Shown piece after piece: positions 10,456-20,400 of a stretch of 64,000 nucleotides of DNA. Origin of the DNA: Vulcanimicrobiota bacterium (lineage in GTDB: Bacteria > Vulcanimicrobiota > Vulcanimicrobiia > Vulcanimicrobiales > Vulcanimicrobiaceae). The notes beneath the pieces are model-generated. The model was not told the DNA's origin, made no database searches, and worked only from the letters and a program-made list of their open reading frames with translations. Location of the stretch: positions 1,777,226 to 1,841,225 of the forward strand of contig OY970335.1 in assembly GCA_963717425.1 (NCBI GenBank), in the 5' to 3' direction. Position numbers and translations under genes: made by a program. Numbering within the stretch: the first letter of the stretch is position 1; each line of letters begins with the position of its first letter.

Positions 10456-12303
10456 GTGCACATTATTGGAACGGCCGGACACGTCGACCATGGGAAGTCC
10501 GCGCTCGTCGCGGCCCTCACCGGAACGCACCCCGATCGCTGGGTCGAAGAGCGCGAGCGCGGCATGACGCTCGACCTCGGGTTCGCACATCTGCGCTTCG
10601 AGGACGGAGTCGAGGGCGGCATCGTGGACGTGCCCGGCCACGAGCGCTTCTTGCACAACATGCTCGCGGGCGCCGCGGGCATGGAGCTGCTGCTGCTGGT
10701 CGTGGACGCCAATGAAGAAGTCATGCCGCAAACGCTCGAGCATCTTGCGATTTTGCAGTTTCTCAACGCCCGCCGCGTGCTGGTCGTCGTGACGAAGATC
10801 GACCTGTGTTCGGACCCGCCCGCCGAAGCCTGCCGTCGCATAGCCGAGCAGCTTATCGGGACGATCGCGGAAGACGCGCCGATCTTTCCGGTTTCCGTCG
10901 TTACGGGCGAGAATGTGGACGTGCTGAAACGCGAGCTGCATCAGGAGCTCGCGGCCATGCCGCCGCGCAAGCCCAACGCACCCGTCTATCTTCCGGTCGA
11001 TCGCGCGTTTACGTTGCCGGGGCTCGGCACGATCGTCACCGGGACGCTGATGCAAGGAAGCATCACGGCGGGTGAAACGCTCTCGCTGCAGCCGGGCGGC
11101 AAATCCGTGCACGTTCGCGGCCTCGAAGTGTTTGGATCGGCGCGCGAACGGGTCGAGGCGGGTGCGCGCGTGGCCTTGAACCTGCCCGGGATCGACCGCA
11201 AGGAAGTTGCGCGCGGCCAGGCGATCGTCGGTCCGGAGTTTTCCGCTCGCCAGAACCTGACGGTGCACTTCGTTCCATTGCCAGACGCCATGCCGCTCTT
11301 GCGCAGACGCATGCCGGTGCGCGCGTATTTTGGGTCCGCGGAAGTTCTCGGTACGCTCGTCGCGCCGGGCGTCGAAGCATCCGAGATGCGCGCCCACTTG
11401 CATCTGCGCGAGCCGGTCGTTGCGTTTCCTGGCTTGCGATTCGTCTTGCGGCGCCCTTCGCCCATGACGCTTTTGGGCGGAGGATTCGTGGAGCTTGCCG
11501 ACGCGCCGGCGCTCGAGCAGGCCGCCACGTCCGACGAAGCGACGGTGCTGGCGATGTTGGAGGAGAGGAAGCTCGAACCGGCCGACGTCAACGCGATCGC
11601 GGTTGCGGTGAATCTTCGCGAAGCCGCCGTGTTGGAGGCGCTCGAGCGGCTCGTCGAGCGTGGGAACGTCATCGCGGTTTCTCGGCCGCCAGCGTACGTC
11701 GACGCCGCTGCCGCGCGAGCTTTGCTCGCGCGTGCTCTCGCGCAGCTCGAAGCGTCGCATCGCGACGAGCCGTGGGCGATGGGCTCGACGTCGCTCGCGC
11801 TGGCCCGATCGCTCGCTGTCGCAGAATCTCCGCTGGTGCGCGTTCTCGAACCGTTCGTCGGCGAAGGCCGGCTCCTGAATCGAGACGGATACTATGCGGC
11901 CGTCGATCATCAGCCCTCGTTCACCGCGGAGCAGCGCGCGTTTTTCGATCATCTCGTTCCGGTCGACGGGTCGCGGCCGTTCCTGCCCATACCCTTTGCC
12001 AGTGCTGCGGCCGCGGTGAAGCTTTCCCAGCTGTTCGGCGTGAGCAAAGCGTTCGATACGATGCTCGCGCGCGGCGCATTCGTCAAAGTCGGTGAGGACC
12101 TCTATCGGGGATCGCAGATCGTTCAGATTCGGGCGAGCGTCGAAACGCTTTTGCAGGAGGGCCAACGCATGACCGCTTCCCAATTCCGGGATCTATTGGG
12201 AACCTCGCGGAAATACGCGGTCCCCTTGCTGGAATGGCTGGACTCCCACGCCGTTACGGTTCGCGACGGCGATTATCGCACGTTGCGAAGGCGCTCGGCG
12301 TAG
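10456..12303 (+). CDS. selB: Selenocysteine-specific translation elongation factor.
   Basis: GTG at 10456 gives VHIIGTAGHVDHGKSALV (G1), followed by DVPGHERF (G3) and TKID (G4). A long C-terminal winged-helix region is typical of SelB. The part of the ORF upstream of 10456 is the tail of the amine-oxidase region read in another frame. Confidence 0.9.
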   Translation: MHIIGTAGHVDHGKSALVAALTGTHPDRWVEERERGMTLDLGFAHLRFEDGVEGGIVDVPGHERFLHNMLAGAAGMELLLLVVDANEEVMPQTLEHLAILQFLNARRVLVVVTKIDLCSDPPAEACRRIAEQLIGTIAEDAPIFPVSVVTGENVDVLKRELHQELAAMPPRKPNAPVYLPVDRAFTLPGLGTIVTGTLMQGSITAGETLSLQPGGKSVHVRGLEVFGSARERVEAGARVALNLPGIDRKEVARGQAIVGPEFSARQNLTVHFVPLPDAMPLLRRRMPVRAYFGSAEVLGTLVAPGVEASEMRAHLHLREPVVAFPGLRFVLRRPSPMTLLGGGFVELADAPALEQAATSDEATVLAMLEERKLEPADVNAIAVAVNLREAAVLEALERLVERGNVIAVSRPPAYVDAAAARALLARALAQLEASHRDEPWAMGSTSLALARSLAVAESPLVRVLEPFVGEGRLLNRDGYYAAVDHQPSFTAEQRAFFDHLVPVDGSRPFLPIPFASAAAAVKLSQLFGVSKAFDTMLARGAFVKVGEDLYRGSQIVQIRASVETLLQEGQRMTASQFRDLLGTSRKYAVPLLEWLDSHAVTVRDGDYRTLRRRSA

Positions 12304-15059
12304 TGTCCGTTCGCCCGACCGGTACGGTGACGTTTCTGTTCACCGACATCGAAGGAAGCACGGAGCGCTGGGAACGCGATCCCGGCGCAATGGCGGCGGC
12401 GTTGCGGCGTCACGATGCGCTGATGCGCGATGCGATCGAAGCGCACGGCGGGTACGTGTTCAAGGTCGTCGGCGACGCATTCTGCGCCACGTTTGCAAAG
12501 ACGCCGGACGCCGTCGCCGCGGCGCTCCGCGGCCAGCGCGCGCTGCTCGCGGAAGACTTTCTGGACGTCGACGGCGTGCGCGTCCGGATGGCGGTGCATG
12601 CCGGCCACGCGGAGGAGCGTGAGGGCGACTATCTCGGCCCGGCGGTGAACCGAGTGGCCCGCCTGTTGGCTGCCGGACACGGCGGGCAAATTCTCGTTTC
12701 CGGTACCGCGGCGGACCTGCTGCAAGACGAGTTGCCGCGCGAAGGATCCTTGCGCGACCTCGGCGAGCATCGGCTCAAAGATCTCGCGCGTGCCGAGCGC
12801 ATCTATCAGTTTGTCGCGCCCGGTTTGCCCGAAACGTATCCGGCACTGCGTTCGCTCGAGGAACTGCCCAACAATCTACCGGCGCAGCTCACATCCTTTG
12901 TGGGGCGCGAGCGAGACCTCGACGAGATCAAGCAGCTGATGCGAGAGCACCGGCTGGTCACGCTCGTGGCCACCGGCGGCGCGGGGAAAACGCGCTGTGC
13001 GATCCAGGCCGGTGCCGAATTCCTCGAGGGGTTCAGCGACGGCGCTTGGCTGGTGGAGCTGGCCGTCATTTCCAACGCCGCGCTGGTTACCGGAGCCATC
13101 GCGCACGCGCTCGGCGTTCGAGAGGTGCCGAATCGCCCGCTGCTCGATACGCTCCTCGCCCATCTCCAACGCCGTCGGCTGCTCCTGATTTTAGATAACT
13201 GCGAGCACGTGATCGACGAAGTCCGAAACGTCGTCGCCGCGATCTTGCGCGGCTGTCCCGGCGTCCGCATTCTCGCGACGAGCCGGGAGCCCTTGAATAC
13301 CGCCGGCGAGCGCGCTTTTCGTTTGCCGTCGCTCGCCGTGCCGCCCGCGGGGGCGCCGGTGACCGCCGAAAAAACGCGCGAATACGGTGCGGTGACGCTC
13401 TTCACCGATCGTGCCATCGCTTCGGACGGTCGTTTCAAGCTCACCGACGCGAACGCAGCCTCCGTTGCGGAGATCGTTGCCCGTTTGGACGGCATTCCGC
13501 TGGCAATCGAACTCGCGGCGGCGCGAGTGAAAATCGTTTCGCCGCAGCAGCTCACGCAGAAACTCAACGAGCGCTTTCGGGTGCTCACCGGTGGCGACCG
13601 CAGCGCGTTGCCGCGCCAGCAAACGCTTCGCGCGACGATCGATTGGAGTTTCGATTTGCTCGACGAGCGCGAGCGCGCTCTCTTTCGAAGGCTCGCGATA
13701 TTTTCCGGAGGCTGGACGCTCCAAGCGGCAATTGAAGTCTGTTGCGAGGAAGGCGGCCCCGACGAGTGGGAGATGCTCGACGTCCTTACGTCGCTCGTGG
13801 ACAAGTCGCTCGTTGTCGTGGATACGCTCGGAGCGGAACAGCGCTTCCGCATGCTCGTCTCGATACGAGAGTACGCGCTGGAGCGCTTGGGCGAAGCGAG
13901 TGAAGCCGAACGCACGGCCGAGAGACATGCGCGATTCTTTGCCGCGTTCGTCGAGGCGCTCGCGCCCCTGGTGCTCGCGCTGGAAGACGTCGAGTGGAAA
14001 CGCGAGTTTGGTGCCGAGCTCGACAACGTCCGCGCCGCAATCGAGTGGACGATCGTCGGGCGGCACGATCCCGCGCTCGGCCTCGCGCTGTTGGCTGCAC
14101 TCGAGTGGCCCGAGCTCGTCGTTACTCCGCAGGAGGCATTGGGTTGGTTCGAAGCAGCTGCGGCTTGCGTCGACGCCGAGACCGACTCTATCGTGCACTC
14201 ACGGATTCTTCGGCACTGCGTGCTGCTGGAATGGCTCGAGGGCCGCCCGCTGGGGCAACTCGAGCAAACCGCTCTCAATGCCGTCGAGGTCGCAAGAAGA
14301 ACCGGCGATGCGAACGAGATCGCCCGTGCGCTTGCGAATCTGGGTGCCTGTTACCGTTCGGCCGCGCGTTTCGAGGAAGCCGACCGCACCTTCGCCGCTG
14401 CGTACGAGACGCCGCATCTGCTCACGCGTATCACCGCCAATGCCGTGCTGCGATTGTGGGCGGTGACCGATTTGCAGCGACAGAACGTCGAGCGCGCGCG
14501 CCAGCGCTTCTCCCAGCTCGTCGGCTTGGAGCGGCCGGCGAGCGAAGCGCACGCGAGCGCGTTGCTCAACCTCGGGGAGCTCGAATTCGCCGTCGGAAAT
14601 ACCGAAGCTGCGCGCGATTCCGCGCGGCGAGCAAAGGAAACCTACGAGCGTTCGAATTCCGTCTACCTCGTTCTGGTTCTGTCAAACCTCGCGGCATATG
14701 CCCTCGCCGCCGGCGATATCGCAGACGCGGGCACGCACCTGCGCGAGGCGCTTACGCTCCTACGATCGGCCGGCGCAGGCTGGCTCGCGGCGGTGGTCGA
14801 GAATCATGCGTTGCTCGCCGCGACCCTCGGGGAGCACGAGCGTGCGGCGCTCCTGGCCGGCTTTGGCGACGCCCAATATGCGTCGCGCGGCGAGGTGCGT
14901 CAACACACCGAAAACTGGGGCTACGAACGCCTGCGGACGCTCCTCGCGAACGCCTACGCAGCCGAGGAGCTCGCGCGGCAGATGGATGCCGGCGCGCGCT
15001 TGACCGAGGAGCAGGCGCTCGAACTGGCCGCGGCGATACACGAATTAGCAACGCCGTAG
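12303..15059 (+). CDS. Class III adenylate/guanylate cyclase domain fused to a STAND/AAA NTPase and TPR repeats.
   Basis: TFLFTDIEGSTERWE...FKVVGDAFCATF (cyclase). LVATGGAGKTRCA (P-loop) and LLLILDNCEH (Walker B). The C-terminus is helical and TPR-like. GTG at 12303 overlaps the selB TAG. An ATG at 12234 is an alternative start. Confidence 0.85.
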   Translation: MSVRPTGTVTFLFTDIEGSTERWERDPGAMAAALRRHDALMRDAIEAHGGYVFKVVGDAFCATFAKTPDAVAAALRGQRALLAEDFLDVDGVRVRMAVHAGHAEEREGDYLGPAVNRVARLLAAGHGGQILVSGTAADLLQDELPREGSLRDLGEHRLKDLARAERIYQFVAPGLPETYPALRSLEELPNNLPAQLTSFVGRERDLDEIKQLMREHRLVTLVATGGAGKTRCAIQAGAEFLEGFSDGAWLVELAVISNAALVTGAIAHALGVREVPNRPLLDTLLAHLQRRRLLLILDNCEHVIDEVRNVVAAILRGCPGVRILATSREPLNTAGERAFRLPSLAVPPAGAPVTAEKTREYGAVTLFTDRAIASDGRFKLTDANAASVAEIVARLDGIPLAIELAAARVKIVSPQQLTQKLNERFRVLTGGDRSALPRQQTLRATIDWSFDLLDERERALFRRLAIFSGGWTLQAAIEVCCEEGGPDEWEMLDVLTSLVDKSLVVVDTLGAEQRFRMLVSIREYALERLGEASEAERTAERHARFFAAFVEALAPLVLALEDVEWKREFGAELDNVRAAIEWTIVGRHDPALGLALLAALEWPELVVTPQEALGWFEAAAACVDAETDSIVHSRILRHCVLLEWLEGRPLGQLEQTALNAVEVARRTGDANEIARALANLGACYRSAARFEEADRTFAAAYETPHLLTRITANAVLRLWAVTDLQRQNVERARQRFSQLVGLERPASEAHASALLNLGELEFAVGNTEAARDSARRAKETYERSNSVYLVLVLSNLAAYALAAGDIADAGTHLREALTLLRSAGAGWLAAVVENHALLAATLGEHERAALLAGFGDAQYASRGEVRQHTENWGYERLRTLLANAYAAEELARQMDAGARLTEEQALELAAAIHELATP

Positions 15060-15079
15060 CGGCACCGCCGCGAAGGGAG

Positions 15080-15274
15080 ATGAACTCCATGTCCGATGCA
15101 AAGGCCGATGCGCGTAGCGCGCTCGACGCGCACGCGCGTTCCATCGACGCCCTCCACGACAAGCTCGCCGCCCTGCCGGGGTGCGATCGCCCGCGCCTGG
15201 CAAGCGCCGTGGCAAAATACAAAGCCGCGCACCAAACGTTCCACGACGACGCATTGGGCTGCGTTGGCTTCTAG
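15080..15274 (+). CDS. Small hypothetical protein (64 aa, or 61 aa from ATG 15089).
   Basis: GGGAG sits at 15075-15079 immediately upstream of ATG 15080, with a second ATG at 15089. The product is helical-looking. No family recognised. Confidence 0.3.
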   Translation: MNSMSDAKADARSALDAHARSIDALHDKLAALPGCDRPRLASAVAKYKAAHQTFHDDALGCVGF

Positions 15275-16791
15275 CGCAGCATAGCTTCGATCGCGTTGCC
15301 GGCTGGAACGCCGAGCCCCGTGCAGGGGTTCCAACCCGCCGCGCTGTGGAAGCGATCGTTGCTCCCCGACGTCACGTCGCGAAAGAACGTTGACGCGGGC
15401 GCACCATACAGGAGAGGCGAAAAAAAGCCGAGCGGCTTTTCTAGTCGCTCGTTTAATCGCGCCGTAAGCGCCGCCCATACGGGCGCGACCGCACTCGTTC
15501 CACCCATGGCAAACGTCACGCCTTCAAAAACCACGGAGTAACCCGGCATCGCCTGCGCGGCGAAATCCGGAACGCCTCGGCCCGGCGCCAGCCGATAGCC
15601 GACGGCGGCCGAAGCGGCGAGGCTCTGCCACGGCGGCACGCCGAAGCGGCTGCTAAATCCGCCGCCCGTTTTACTCCACGCTATTTCTGCGGTCGTGCCG
15701 GAGCCGGCGACGATCTGCGTTCCGCCGCAGGCGTGCGCGAATGGGCTCGATGCGGGCGCCAGAACGTGCGGCGTACCGTCTGCGTCGAGTTCCGCGCCGT
15801 TGTCGCCCGATGCGCAAAAGATGCTCACGCCGAGAAGTGCGGCAACCGTAAAGAGTTCGTCCAGAATGGTCAGGGCGATCGGCGTCCATAAGTACTCCGG
15901 AAATCCGAAGCTGATTGAGACGATCGACGGCCGGTTGTCGTCGTCGAAGAGTGCGGTTCGGATCGCGTCGAGCACGCCGCGTTCGTCGTCGGGTGCCGCA
16001 TACAGAACGATCTGCGCACCGGGAGCCAGCGCCGCGACGATTTGCGTGTCGATGGCGGACTCGATGTCCTTCGCGGTAGCGATGTCGTGCGCCAGCTCCG
16101 CGTTGTCGACGCGCTTGACGATCGGAGTTTTGACCGCGACGCCCTGCGCCCTCATGCACGCCGCGAAATCGTCGGCCCTGAACGTGCCGCGCAGCTGCAA
16201 GATTGCAACGCTTTGGCCGGAGCCGTCGGCATCGGGGAATTGGTAACGGCTTATCACGTCTGCGGTCGAGAGCGGCGCCGTGTGCGGCTGTAGCGAACCG
16301 ATCGCATGCGAGCGCGGCCACTGGTGGATTCCAAAGGGTCCTCGCAGCATCTCGGCAATCTCGGGTGGCGCATACAGAGGCTTCGAGCGATGCCGGAAAC
16401 GCCGCTTATCGTCGAGCTGATAAATCCCGGCGGTCGCTCCGAAGGCCGCGACGAATTTTCCGATCGATCCGCCCAAGACCACCGATCGCCAGTGCGTTCC
16501 GACCGTCTCGATCCCGAACGTTTGGCAGTAGCGCTGCAAGCGCGCGAGGTCGTTCGGATCGGCATCGGTAGCCCTCGCAAGGTCGGCCCGGGTCGCGTAG
16601 CTGCGCTCTGCGAGCGGCGTGGCGCCGAGCGCTCGCGCGCGGTCCACATCGAGATCGCCGCCGGGTTTGGGCCGTAGCCAGGCGGTGAGCAGAACGTCGT
16701 CGTCCGACAACGCGTCCACTGGAGTGGCTCCCGGCCAGACGTTGCGATGCGTCCCAGCGATCGGAACGCGGCTATCCGAAGTCGACGTCAT
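15271..16791 (-). CDS. S53 (sedolisin/kumamolisin-like) serine peptidase with a pro-kumamolisin activation domain.
   Basis: 506 aa. The N-terminal pro-domain is followed by a catalytic region with SGDNGA and GGTSAVAPVWAAL (Ser nucleophile context). Confidence 0.85.
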   Translation of the reverse strand: MTSTSDSRVPIAGTHRNVWPGATPVDALSDDDVLLTAWLRPKPGGDLDVDRARALGATPLAERSYATRADLARATDADPNDLARLQRYCQTFGIETVGTHWRSVVLGGSIGKFVAAFGATAGIYQLDDKRRFRHRSKPLYAPPEIAEMLRGPFGIHQWPRSHAIGSLQPHTAPLSTADVISRYQFPDADGSGQSVAILQLRGTFRADDFAACMRAQGVAVKTPIVKRVDNAELAHDIATAKDIESAIDTQIVAALAPGAQIVLYAAPDDERGVLDAIRTALFDDDNRPSIVSISFGFPEYLWTPIALTILDELFTVAALLGVSIFCASGDNGAELDADGTPHVLAPASSPFAHACGGTQIVAGSGTTAEIAWSKTGGGFSSRFGVPPWQSLAASAAVGYRLAPGRGVPDFAAQAMPGYSVVFEGVTFAMGGTSAVAPVWAALTARLNERLEKPLGFFSPLLYGAPASTFFRDVTSGSNDRFHSAAGWNPCTGLGVPAGNAIEAMLR

Positions 16792-16832
16792 CGGGATGCA
16801 TTTCGACTGCGGCGCCTAAGAAGCTCCTGGCC

Positions 16833-17357
16833 GTGAGCCAAGTCATGCTGACCGGGGAGCGCTGCCGAGTAAGGCGATATCGCGTCGAGGATGCCGATGC
16901 GCTCTGCGCGGTCGCGGACGATTTCCTCGTTGCGCGTTGGATGACGCGAGCTTTTCCGCATCCGTATACGCGAGCGGACGCCGATTTTTGGGTTAACGCC
17001 GCCTCGAGCGATATGCGCCAGCGCTACTTCGCGATCGAGGTGGATGGGGTGTTGGCCGGCGGCATCGGCGTCGAGCCGTACAGAGGCGAGCGAAGCGGGG
17101 TGGCCGCATTTGGATATTGGTTGGGCCGGCGCTACTGGGGGCGCGGTATCGGAACCGATGCGGCGCGAATGTTTTCGGAGCATGCGCTCGCGAGCGGAAA
17201 GCTGCACCGCCTGGAAGCCTCGGTGTTCGCACAGAACGTCGCCTCGGGGAGAGTGCTGGAAAAGTGTGGCTTCGTATTGGAGGCGCGATTACGCGACTAC
17301 TATGTGGATCGGCACGCCGCGATATGCGACGCATTGCTGTTCGCACGGCTAGCCTGA
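16833..17357 (+). CDS. GNAT family N-acetyltransferase (RimJ/RimL-like).
   Basis: 174 aa. GYWLGRRYWGRGIGTDAARMF is a typical acetyl-CoA-binding Q/RxxGxG/A motif, followed by N.AS.RVLEKCGF. Confidence 0.85.
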   Translation: MSQVMLTGERCRVRRYRVEDADALCAVADDFLVARWMTRAFPHPYTRADADFWVNAASSDMRQRYFAIEVDGVLAGGIGVEPYRGERSGVAAFGYWLGRRYWGRGIGTDAARMFSEHALASGKLHRLEASVFAQNVASGRVLEKCGFVLEARLRDYYVDRHAAICDALLFARLA

Positions 17358-17397
17358 CGGACCCAAACCAAATGGCTTTCCTGAGGGTTGAAATGAC

Positions 17398-20385
17398 GTG
17401 ATGCTGGGACGTTTGATTCTCTGTTGCACGATCGTTGGGCTCGCTACGCAGGCGGCGGCCGCCGATTCGACGTCGACGGGGCTTGTCGGCCTGAAGTACC
17501 GCGAGATTGGGCCGGCGATCAGCGGCGGCCGCAGCAGCACCGTCGCGGGCAGCAATCGGGATACGCACGTCTACTACGCCGGCGGTGCCGGGGGCGGCGT
17601 TTTCAAGACGATCAATGGCGGCGCCTCGTGGTTTCCGGTCTTCGATCGCGAGCCCGTGGCACCGATCGGCGCGATCTCGATCGCTCCGCAAGACGTGCGC
17701 GACGTGTGGGTCGGAACCGGCGAGTCCAATCCGCGCAACGACGTGGAATCGGGCGACGGCATCTACCATTCCATCGACGGCGGGGAGCACTGGCTACGCG
17801 CGGGCCTCCAGCGCTCCGCGCACATTTCGAGTATCACGATCGACCCGCGCGACCGACGCGTCCTCGCCGTCGGCGTGCTCGGCCGAGTTTCCGCCGAGGA
17901 TGCCAATCGCGGCGTTTACGTGACGCGCGACGGCGGCGCACATTGGAAGCGTACGCTCTACGTTGGTCCCTCCAGCGGCGTCTCGTCGCTGGTGCGCGTT
18001 CCCGACCGCCCCTCGACGCTGTTTGCCGGCGTGTGGCGGTTTGCGCGCTCGCCTTGGCGGCTCGACAGCGGTGGACCACGAGGCGGCATCTTTCGATCGG
18101 ACGACAACGGCACGACCTGGCGTAAGCTGACCGGAAACGGCTTGCCAAACGGCCCCACCGGAAGAATCGGTTTAGCCGCGGGTGGGCGGTCACGCGTGTA
18201 TGCCGTCATTCAATCCCGCGCCGGAGAGTTGTGGCGCTCCGACGATGGCGGTGCGCATTGGCGGGCGATGCCGCACAGCCCGTATTTGGGCGCCCGCGCA
18301 TTCTATTTCAGCAGCATCTTCGTCGATCCGGCCGACCCGAATCGGCTGATCAACGTTTCGCTGATTCTCACGATGAGCTCGGATGGCGGACGCACGTTTC
18401 ATCCAATCGCGGAAGGCGGGGGCTGGGATTATCACGCCATCTGGTGGTCCGCGGACGGACGGCGAATCATCAACGGGAGCGACGAGGGCGTGATTCTCTC
18501 GTCCGATGGCGGCAAGAACTTTTGGCAGCCTTACGACTTGCCGTTTGCGCAGCCGTATCACATCGGATTAGGGTCCCGGCTGCCGAACTATCGCGTCTGC
18601 ATCGGGCTGCAAGACGACAACTCGTGGTGCGGCCCGTCGTCGCCTCCAAATGGAATCGGGGTCATGAATCGTAACTGGACGCAAGTCGGTCCCGGGGACG
18701 GCATGTGGGCGGTTCTCGATCCAAAGGACGCCAATTTCGTTTGGTCGACGTCGACCAACTCGGACACCGGTCAAGTTTATCTGTGGAACGATCGGACGCG
18801 CCAAGCGTACGACGTGTCACCGGATGCCGAGTCAAACGGCGAGCTGCCCGCACGAGACGTACGCTACCGATTCAACTGGGATACGCCGATCGCGTTTACC
18901 GACGACGGGAAAGCGCTGGTCGGCGGAAACGTCGTGTTCGAGAGCGCGGATCGCGGCCAGACCTGGAGCGCGATCAGCCCGGACCTGACGCGCAACGACG
19001 CGAGCAAACAGCTCTCGTCGGGGGGGCCGATCGCGTACGATCAGTCCGGCGCCGAATTCTACGACACCATTCTCTATCTTGCGACCACGCCGCGCGATCC
19101 GGGGGTCATTTGGGCGGCGACCGACGACGGGCTCGTGCAGATCACACGCGATGCTTCGACAAACTCGACACGACCGCAGTGGCGCAACGTATCGCCTCCA
19201 ACTTCTCTGGTGCCGCCCTGGGGGCGGATAACCTGCGTCGATCCGGGGCGCTTTTCCGCGGGCACGGCCTTTGTCGCAGTCGAGCGTCATCTGCTCGGCG
19301 ACGATCGCCCATACGTGTTGCGCACCGACGACTACGGAACGTCGTGGCACTCGATCGTGGGGGATTTGCCGCCCGACGAGTTCGTGCGCGCGATTCGGCA
19401 AGATCCGCGCAACGCCAACGTCCTTTACGTCGGAACGAATCGAGGAGTGCGAGTGACCTTCGATGCGGGTGCGCACTGGCATTCGCTGCGCTTGAACATG
19501 CCTGCGAGCGCGATCTACGACATCGAAATTCAACCTGCGGCAAACGACCTCGTGGTTGCCGCACACGGACGCGGTGTTTGGATCCTCGACGACTTGGCGG
19601 CCGTGCAGCAGTGGCCGGCGGCGCAGTTCTCGGACGTGACGCTCTTGCCGATGCGCGACGCATATCGAATGTGGCAGTGGTCGCCGGTGAACACCTTTAC
19701 CGATCCCAAGATTCCGCCAAACGAATTCGTTGGCGCGAACCCTCCCTACGGCGCCATCCTCACGTACTATTTGTCGAAGACGCCCAAGCGCGTCGAAATC
19801 GGAATCCTCGACGCGCAGGGCCGCATCATCCGCCACCTCAAAGGCGACGACGTTCCCAAGCACGCCGGAATGAATCGCGCGTCCTGGGACCTGAACGAAG
19901 ACGGCCCGGTAGAGTGGAGCGGCACCTTCAAGGAAAATCGGGGGCCCGATACGGGTGCCGAAGTCGTTCCGGGGACGTACACGATTCGCTTGATCGCCGA
20001 CGGCGCTACCAAAGATCAACCCGTCGCGGTCAAGGCCGATCCGCGAGATCCGGCGAGCGGCGGCTACGTTCGACGCCACGATTTTCTGGCCGAGCTCTTC
20101 GCACAGCTTAGCGGGGTCGACGCGATGCTCAACGGAATCGACGCGCGCCTGAAGCACGCTCCAGAGTCGCGATCCTCCGCCCTGATTGCTTTCAGACAGC
20201 AGCTGACGTACGACCCGCGCAATATCGAGGATTTGAACGGGCCCGCGCAGCTGCGCGAACGGCTGCTCGATTTGATTTCCCGGATGAGCACGTCGTTCCA
20301 AGCCCCCACGGCAGCGCAGCTGTCGCAAGCCGCAGTCTACAAGGCTCAGTACGACCGGCTCTACGCCGCCTACCTCAAGCTCTGA
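17398..20385 (+). CDS. Secreted BNR/Asp-box repeat protein (sortilin/VPS10-like beta-propeller).
   Basis: Has a signal peptide and at least 9 Asp-box-like repeats (INGGASW, SIDGGEHW, TRDGGAHW, SDDNGTTW, SDDGGAHW, SSDGGRTF, SSDGGKNF, SADRGQTW, TDDYGTSW). Confidence 0.8.
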   Translation: MMLGRLILCCTIVGLATQAAAADSTSTGLVGLKYREIGPAISGGRSSTVAGSNRDTHVYYAGGAGGGVFKTINGGASWFPVFDREPVAPIGAISIAPQDVRDVWVGTGESNPRNDVESGDGIYHSIDGGEHWLRAGLQRSAHISSITIDPRDRRVLAVGVLGRVSAEDANRGVYVTRDGGAHWKRTLYVGPSSGVSSLVRVPDRPSTLFAGVWRFARSPWRLDSGGPRGGIFRSDDNGTTWRKLTGNGLPNGPTGRIGLAAGGRSRVYAVIQSRAGELWRSDDGGAHWRAMPHSPYLGARAFYFSSIFVDPADPNRLINVSLILTMSSDGGRTFHPIAEGGGWDYHAIWWSADGRRIINGSDEGVILSSDGGKNFWQPYDLPFAQPYHIGLGSRLPNYRVCIGLQDDNSWCGPSSPPNGIGVMNRNWTQVGPGDGMWAVLDPKDANFVWSTSTNSDTGQVYLWNDRTRQAYDVSPDAESNGELPARDVRYRFNWDTPIAFTDDGKALVGGNVVFESADRGQTWSAISPDLTRNDASKQLSSGGPIAYDQSGAEFYDTILYLATTPRDPGVIWAATDDGLVQITRDASTNSTRPQWRNVSPPTSLVPPWGRITCVDPGRFSAGTAFVAVERHLLGDDRPYVLRTDDYGTSWHSIVGDLPPDEFVRAIRQDPRNANVLYVGTNRGVRVTFDAGAHWHSLRLNMPASAIYDIEIQPAANDLVVAAHGRGVWILDDLAAVQQWPAAQFSDVTLLPMRDAYRMWQWSPVNTFTDPKIPPNEFVGANPPYGAILTYYLSKTPKRVEIGILDAQGRIIRHLKGDDVPKHAGMNRASWDLNEDGPVEWSGTFKENRGPDTGAEVVPGTYTIRLIADGATKDQPVAVKADPRDPASGGYVRRHDFLAELFAQLSGVDAMLNGIDARLKHAPESRSSALIAFRQQLTYDPRNIEDLNGPAQLRERLLDLISRMSTSFQAPTAAQLSQAAVYKAQYDRLYAAYLKL

Positions 20386-20400
20386 TATGATGGTTACAAA

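Noticed and set aside
10444-12183. 579-aa minus-strand ORF opposite selB. Similar long antisense ORFs occur at 6438-7442, 12806-14278, 18832-20328, 20455-21336, 21751-22716, 23240-23986 and 25564-26844.
   Set aside because: All of them lie fully inside genes with strong family signatures on the other strand (selB, TBDR-like, cyclase, BNR, clpB, S9, typA). All have Arg-rich, motif-free translations. They are high-G+C frame artefacts.
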